DNA from: the human T2T-CHM13v2.0 reference genome, Homo sapiens
DNA: 64,000 nucleotides
Assembly: GCF_009914755.1 (NCBI RefSeq)
Contig: NC_060938.1
Direction: 5' to 3' (one strand)
Shown here: positions 57,684-64,000 of the stretch, piece after piece
Layout of the letters: every line of letters starts with the position of its first letter
How positions within the stretch are numbered: the first letter of the stretch is position 1
The notes under the pieces: generated by a model
What the model was told of the DNA's origin: nothing
Seen by the model: the letters and a program-made list of their open reading frames with translations, nothing else
Databases searched by the model: none
Position numbers and translations under genes: made by a program

Positions 57684-59909
57684 GTAAGTCTGAAGACTTG
57701 ATATCACTTTACGTTTGTTGTTAATTCTACCTATGTATACTAGATGATTTTGTGCTTATAGATTATAAGATATAGACTGGATATCTCTTTCATGTTCTAG
57801 TCTTAAATCTTGTTTAAAAATTTCCTTAATTTTCTTCTTTTTTAGTATGTTTACTGAATCATTTCCATAAATACATTATATTTGTGTATTCTTTTATTAA
57901 CCCATTCATTCAGCATATCTATACCAAGTGTTTAAACCAGACATTGTGGTAGATATGGGTGATGCGGATTTTAAAGTAAAATCAGTTTTTATATGCTTTA
58001 TAATATTTACAGTTAACTTTGCACCTAAACTTAAGCACTTGAGAACCAATAGAAAATTGAGACACATTAATTATTTTTACTACAAATGGATGGTGTTTCG
58101 TGAGCATGGCTTTTAGATTCTGCTATTATGACTATAAAGTAAGAGCAAAAATAAATTGAAACTTTTATGATGAATTTAACTTTTTAACCCTTGAAGTTGA
58201 AATTTGGGGCATGTTTCTTGAATGACAGCAAGAAGTGCACGTATGCCGTGGTTGCAATAAATACGGATAAGCTATAACTTTCAACTTCAAAACTGACACA
58301 TAAAAGCCTCTGGATAAGTGGTACAAGTTCTTATTCTCAGTGAGAATATTTCACCCCCTTCCTTGCACTGTGTTCCTATGTCAGAGCACTTTGATGATCT
58401 GCAAGTGTGCAGGATATCCATCCATAGCATCATTATTAATGTTGCTTAGATTTTTTTTTGGCTATTGGGTGATAGTTTTGCTTTTTTAAAAGAACGCTTT
58501 TTCTGGTATGAAAATATATATGCATTATACAAAATCCTGGACATCTTCTCTTTAAATTAATTTCAGTGCTGCACAATTATATCATCTTTGTAAAACACAC
58601 CTGTAGAACTCTGCTTTCGGAGGAGCGGGGATAGGGCAGAAAGCACTGGCCAGCTGAGCAGAATATTCACCTCCAAGATGCATTAAATGGTCACTTAGGC
58701 TTGGTTACCATGTCCACATGTACTTGTTAGATCAGTGGTCTCCAGAGAGGGTTGTACAAGTTTGGAGTCTGAGAATGCAGTATTTATGCAATTTTAGACT
58801 TTCTATTTTTTTCTCATCAGTTTAATATTTAATTTTATTTATGTTTTATAGTAGACATAACATAGCACCATATAATTAAACATATGGAAATGTACATGTG
58901 TATACAAATATGTTTCACTGGTGGAAGTGAGTTTGATAATCATTGATCTATATTTGCTGGGTGGCTAGTTTCCATATTCTACCACAATCATACCATGTAG
59001 GTAGGGTAAGAATGATGTGCCTCTCCATAAAATGAGGGGCTAGTGTAAATTTTTTTTTTTTTTAAAGTAATGAAAATCCACTGGTGGATTTAAATTTTTC
59101 TAACAGTGTCAATGCTAGAGTCTGATAATTGCTTTTGTATTCTTTGTTCTCATTTTTCAGAATAATAACACTTTGGAAATATTTTTGACAAGTCAAAAAC
59201 AACCCTGTTAGAGCAAAGAATTTTAAAACACTTTCTTTATCCAGGGACCATTTTTTTTTTCAAATAAAACTTTATTCAAGCCCAGTGTGTTTTAGAAAGA
59301 ATAAGGTGAAATAGAAACTGGTAAATTCACCATTGTGGGCTCCGAGTTTATAAGGAGGAGACAAAAAAACTACTGTCTACAAGGGGAACTGTATTATTCT
59401 GGACTCTCCCAACTCCTCTCATGCTGGTTAAAGTCTTTGATGGGGAAAAGTAAAGTTGGTTTGCTTTCTTAGGAGTTATAACTACCCCGACATCACTGTA
59501 GGCCTTCAGTAGAAGTTACCCTTTGGGAAGTTCTGAACTGGTATGAACACTTGTATGCCTAGGATATCCTTTAAGACCCTGTTGGCTCCTCTAAGACTTT
59601 AAAATGTGAACTAGAGGCCCCTGTGGGCTTGTTATTGCTGTTGATGTGAAAGTAATGACTCTGGTAAATCCCATTCTTTTGTATTTCCTCACCCCATGTG
59701 TGTCTGCACATTCCAGCATGTCACGAGGCAGACTAGAAAGCTGGTTATTTGTGCCACTAATTTTTATAGAATCTAATTTTATATTTGTGTTATAACATGG
59801 CTTTATTTTAGAAGAAATATATAACAAGGATGTATTTTTAAAAATTATTATTGTAACCTGTATCTGTCTAGTACTCTCAAATCTGAGAGACTTTATTGCT
59901 ATATTTTAG

Positions 59910-59987
59910 GTATCTAAGCTTCTGAATTCTGGAGTATATTTAATACATAAAGAACTAATAACATTATTACAAGATGAATCACTGGAG
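59910..59987 (+). CDS. PPP4R4: PPP4R4 coding exon (exon 12): VSKLLNSGVYLIHKELITLLQDESLE
   Basis: attttag| acceptor, GAG|gtaata donor; 78 nt, phase 0-0. Confidence 0.93.
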
Positions 59988-60860
59988 GTAATATTTTCTT
60001 ACTCTTTGATTTTTAATTCTTTTATGTTTGGTCCAAATATACCAATGCCTTTTCTCCCCTTCTTCTTGGAATCGTGTCAACTCTTTCAGCTGACTAGCCC
60101 CAGAAGCTTCAAATTGTTGTACCACTATATCATAAATAGGATATTGGGAAGATAGTTTAAAAAATAAGGTTTTAAAATATATTCAGTTTTAAAACTTAGT
60201 ATATGTATATTTGTTTATTAAGAAAAATTTAGGAAGTGCCAAAAAACAGACAAAAGAATGCCTTTAATTTCAATTACTGTTACTATTTGTTTTCTTTTTC
60301 TTTTTTATATGAATATTCTTTTCTATATAAAGGTTTTTATTTTACTCAATTGTAATCATATATCACATTTTATAACTTGTTTCTCTTGCCATTGTGTAGT
60401 ATTTTACCACTTAATATGTACTTATGAAGACTTTGAAATACTTTATTTTGATGCTATATTTAGATATTCCTTTCACCTAAATGACTGTTAGTTTGCCAAA
60501 GCGCAGCTCATGAATATTTTGATATCACTGAGAATATTATCCAATTTAAACAACGTTTCGAAAGTTTGGAGGCAGTTTTTGAACATGTTAGTTTTGTAGA
60601 AGTAGCTGTCTCAGATTTAGACTATTTGGACAATGTCAAGAGGCAGGTACACTAATCTCTTTTTGAAGGTTGGCCAAGGCAGTTGATCATGTTTCTAAGA
60701 CTTTTCAGCAAGAAGATGGCAGAGTAAGAAAATACAAATCCTCAAAATGTTATTTGGGGGAAAAAAAAAACCACTACTACTATATAGAAATTGACATGTA
60801 GAATTAATCTAGCAAAAACATAGTAATCACTATAACAGTAATCAATATCTCTGTTAAAAG

Positions 60861-60944
60861 GTACTAGATGCTCTTATAGATCATCTTCCAGAAATCTTGG
60901 AACTTATGTCTACTGGTGGAGAAAGCAGTGTTCAAGAAAATAAG
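60861..60944 (+). CDS. PPP4R4: PPP4R4 coding exon (exon 13): VLDALIDHLPEILELMSTGGESSVQENK
   Basis: weak ctctgttaaaag| acceptor, AAG|gtaaac donor; 84 nt, phase 0-0; matches the recalled protein. Confidence 0.9.
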
Positions 60945-61630
60945 GTAAACTTCATCTTTCAGAAACATTCTGAGTTGTGTAAATATTATCCTACTCTACA
61001 GGGTGTTTTGAGGCATCAATGAAAGAATGTTTGGAAAACTTGTAAAATAGTGCATGCCACATAGCAGGTGGTCAGTAAAAGCCTATTAGAGTTTGAACAG
61101 CTTGAATTTCCTCTATCTTTCTTACATTAATAATTTTAAATTACCATGATTGTTGTCTATTGTCTTTGGAGTTTATGTTCATATTTTCATTTTTCATTAG
61201 CATTAATGATTATTCCAAGAATAGCAAATAGGACAAAAGGGTAGAAATTTATTCTTTATTATTATTTTTTAAGCCTCTGTGTAACCTAAGAAAAGGGTAG
61301 GATTTAGGAGGTCAAAGCTTATTGACAGTAATAATATGTAATACATTTTACTGTAGTTGGAAGAGTTGCTATGATAATCTGACAGGAAGAAGAATGAGTT
61401 GTAGTTTTTATTTCAAAATTTGGTTCCCAGGAATCATACTTTTTACTTAATGATTTCTTTTAAAAGTGTTTGATTTAACCAGATAATTATCTCCTTGTGA
61501 CAACTAAGATGTCTCCTAAACTCTGAAATGAGAAGGAGTATTCTCTTCCCCAATGTGTTATAAGACTGAGTAATTTTACTGAGTGCTGCAATTTATTTAT
61601 AATTGATTTTTTGATGCGTTTCATTTTCAG

Positions 61631-61813
61631 TTATCTTCTCTGCCTGACTTGATTCCAGCACTCACAGCTGCTGAACAGCGAGCTGCAGCCTCTTTAAAAT
61701 GGAGAACTCATGAGAAGCTACTTCAGAAATATGCCTGCCTGCCACATGTCATATCAAGCGATCAGATTTATTACCGTTTCTTACAAAGAATGTTCACAAT
61801 CATGATGACAAAT
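61631..61813 (+). CDS. PPP4R4: PPP4R4 coding exon (exon 14): LSSLPDLIPALTAAEQRAAASLKWRTHEKLLQKYACLPHVISSDQIYYRFLQRMFTIMMTN
   Basis: cattttcag| acceptor, AAT|gtgagc donor; 183 nt; ORF 61649..61846. Confidence 0.95.
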
Positions 61814-62774
61814 GTGAGCTCAGTACCTTTCATCTTATTCTTTTGAACTCATGGTTGGTTCTGGAATTACCAAAACTCTTCATATTTTCAAAATAGTAGA
61901 ACAAACTCAGTTCATTCCATTCTACCTAGGAGGATGTCAGCTTCGTAGGTCCAGAAGAGGGGACTCAGGTTTCCCTTTGCCTCCCCACTAGGTCTCCCTC
62001 TGAGAATCTTCTCTCTAGCTGGAGAGAGGAACGACTAGGTGGCACTTTCACCTACCCTTTGTTTATATACTGCCAAGAACAGAGTAGACTCACTTCAAAC
62101 TTGAAATAGTTCTTCTTAAGAGGAAGGTTGACAGGACTCAGTGACCTTGACTGCAAAGGACCTTCTTCTGTTCTGATGTGCACCTCTGATGCATCCACAA
62201 CCTTAGTGTTTGACCCCAGCTATGCTGTTTTGCCAAGGCACCCCTTAAGCTTCCTACTATAAGTTTGGTTACTTTTAGAGTGTGGCAATGGAACAGAGAA
62301 AGCTTATACAAATACATGGATGCCCTACTATTGATAACCTTATAATTAGTGTTAAAAGAAAAAGACTCCTCCCTCAAAACAAGGTGGCACTCAAGCCTCC
62401 CCACAAAGTTAATTGTCTACTTTTTTCACAGAAATTTCCAAGGGGATTATTTAACTCATAATTCACTGTACATTTAACATGACATCCTATTGCAATTTTT
62501 TGAAATATAGAAACATTCCATGGCTCTGTGATCTCGGCACAGAAGGCTTGGGACAAGCCCAACTGGTCAGGCCTGCCTCTGGGGCAGATGCTGAGTTGGG
62601 GTAGTGCAAGCTGGGTGGGCCCCACACTCATCTGCTGGGCTGAAAACCCTGGGCTGCATGTGCCTACCTGGTTGTATACCAGTTGTACCACTGCCCTGCC
62701 CAGGGATCTCCCATCTTTGACCCACTGCACTGCCAGACTACCAGCAGACATACCTTGCAAGCTCCTCTGAGCTG

Positions 62775-63868
62775 GAATCAATCCTACTGAAACTATTCAA
62801 AAAATTGAGGAGGAAGTGTTCCTGTTTAACTCATTCTACAAAGCCACCATCACCCTGATACCAAAATCTGGCAAAGACACAAGAAAAGAAAACTGCAAGT
62901 CAGTATTCCTGACGAACATCAACATAAAAATCCTCAAGAAAATACTAGCAAACCAAATCCAGTAGCACATCAAAAAGTTAATTCACCACAATCAAGTGGG
63001 CTTCATTCCTGCAATGTGAGGTTAGTTCAACATAAGCAAATCAATAAATGTTATTTGCCACATAAACAGGATTAAAAGCAAAAATTACATGATCATCTCA
63101 ATGGATGCAGAAAAGGCTTTTGATAAAGTCCAGTGTCTCTTTGTGTTAAAAACCCTCAGCAAACTAGGCATTGAAGGAACATACCTCAAAATAATAATAG
63201 CTGTCTATGACAAACCCACTGCCAACATCAAACTGATTGGGCAAAAGCTGGAAGCCATCCCCTTGAGAATTGGAACAAGACAAGGATGCCCACTCATACC
63301 ACTCCTATTAAACATAGTACTAGAAGTCCTAGGCAGAGCAATCAGGCAAAAGAAAGAAATTGAAGGCATCCAAATAGGAAAAGAGGAAGTCAAATGATCT
63401 CTCTTTGCTGATGATATGATTCTATACCTAGAAAACCCTAAGGATCTTGTCAGAAGGCTCCTAGACCTGATAAACCACTGCAGTAAAGTTTCAGGTTGCA
63501 AAACCAGTGTACAAAAATCAGTAGCATTTCTATACACCAATAATGTTCAAGCTGAGAGCCAAATCAAGAATGCAATCCCAATTTTAATAGCCACAAAAAA
63601 AATATCCAGTAACACATCTAACCAAGGAGGCGAAAGAGCTCTGCAAGGGGAGCTATAAAACACTGCTGAAAGAAATCATAGATGACATAAACAAATGGAA
63701 AAACATTCCTTACTCATGGATTAGAAGAATTAATATTGTTAAAATGACCATATTGCCCAAAGCAATCTACAGATTCAACACATTCCTATCAAACTACCAA
63801 TGTCATTTTTCACAGAATTAAAAAAATTATTTTAAAATTACTCTTGAATAGCCAGCGCAATCTTCAGC
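62775..63868 (+). mobile_element. L1 ORF2 (reverse transcriptase) fragment, degenerate
   Basis: ORFs 63089..63397 and 63416..63658 read [13 protein letters not shown]...GTRQGCPL...[10 protein letters not shown], with stops. Confidence 0.92.
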
Positions 63869-64000
63869 TGCTATTTCAGCCCTCTGTTTACCCAGTGTCC
63901 TATCAGCCTTTTACCTGTTAGTTGTAGAATCCATTGATGATCCTTGCTTGAATTGGTGATTTCATTATAACTTGAAAAATAATTTTAAAATTCCATCATT

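Noticed and set aside
58180-58445. Non-repetitive-looking intronic stretch with a few CpGs, considered as a possible ncRNA or enhancer
   Set aside because: No recognisable RNA-gene boxes or fold, and conservation cannot be assessed here.
63089-63658. Reverse-transcriptase-like ORFs
   Set aside because: Fragmented L1 ORF2 with stops and frameshifts; not a functional or novel RT system.

Overview
AT-rich, repeat-dense primate (very likely human, chr14q32) genomic DNA from the interior of PPP4R4 (PP4 regulatory subunit 4 / KIAA1622, a HEAT-repeat protein) on the + strand. Twelve coding exons (exons 3-14 by my recollection of the main isoform) splice with canonical GT-AG and a continuous frame from ...SAGQDVQGT... 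to ...MFTIMMTN. Exons 1-2 and 15 onward lie outside the window. The rest is intron, filled with Alu, L1, L2, MIR, LTR and DNA-transposon relics. Repeat family names come from recalled consensus motifs, not a search. I see no evidence of a new protein-coding system. The most interesting structure is non-coding: (1) a ~695-bp, ~98.5%-identical inverted duplication in intron 3 whose L2 fragments suggest a derived inversion-duplication; (2) a 121-bp near-perfect AT-rich hairpin with a loop made of templated repeats; (3) an alternative stop-containing exon plus terminal exon that would give a truncated isoform; (4) an inverted AluY pair bracketing exons 6-7; (5) a 5'-inverted L1 with an apparent 3' transduction; (6) a CpG-rich (CG/CA) VNTR.
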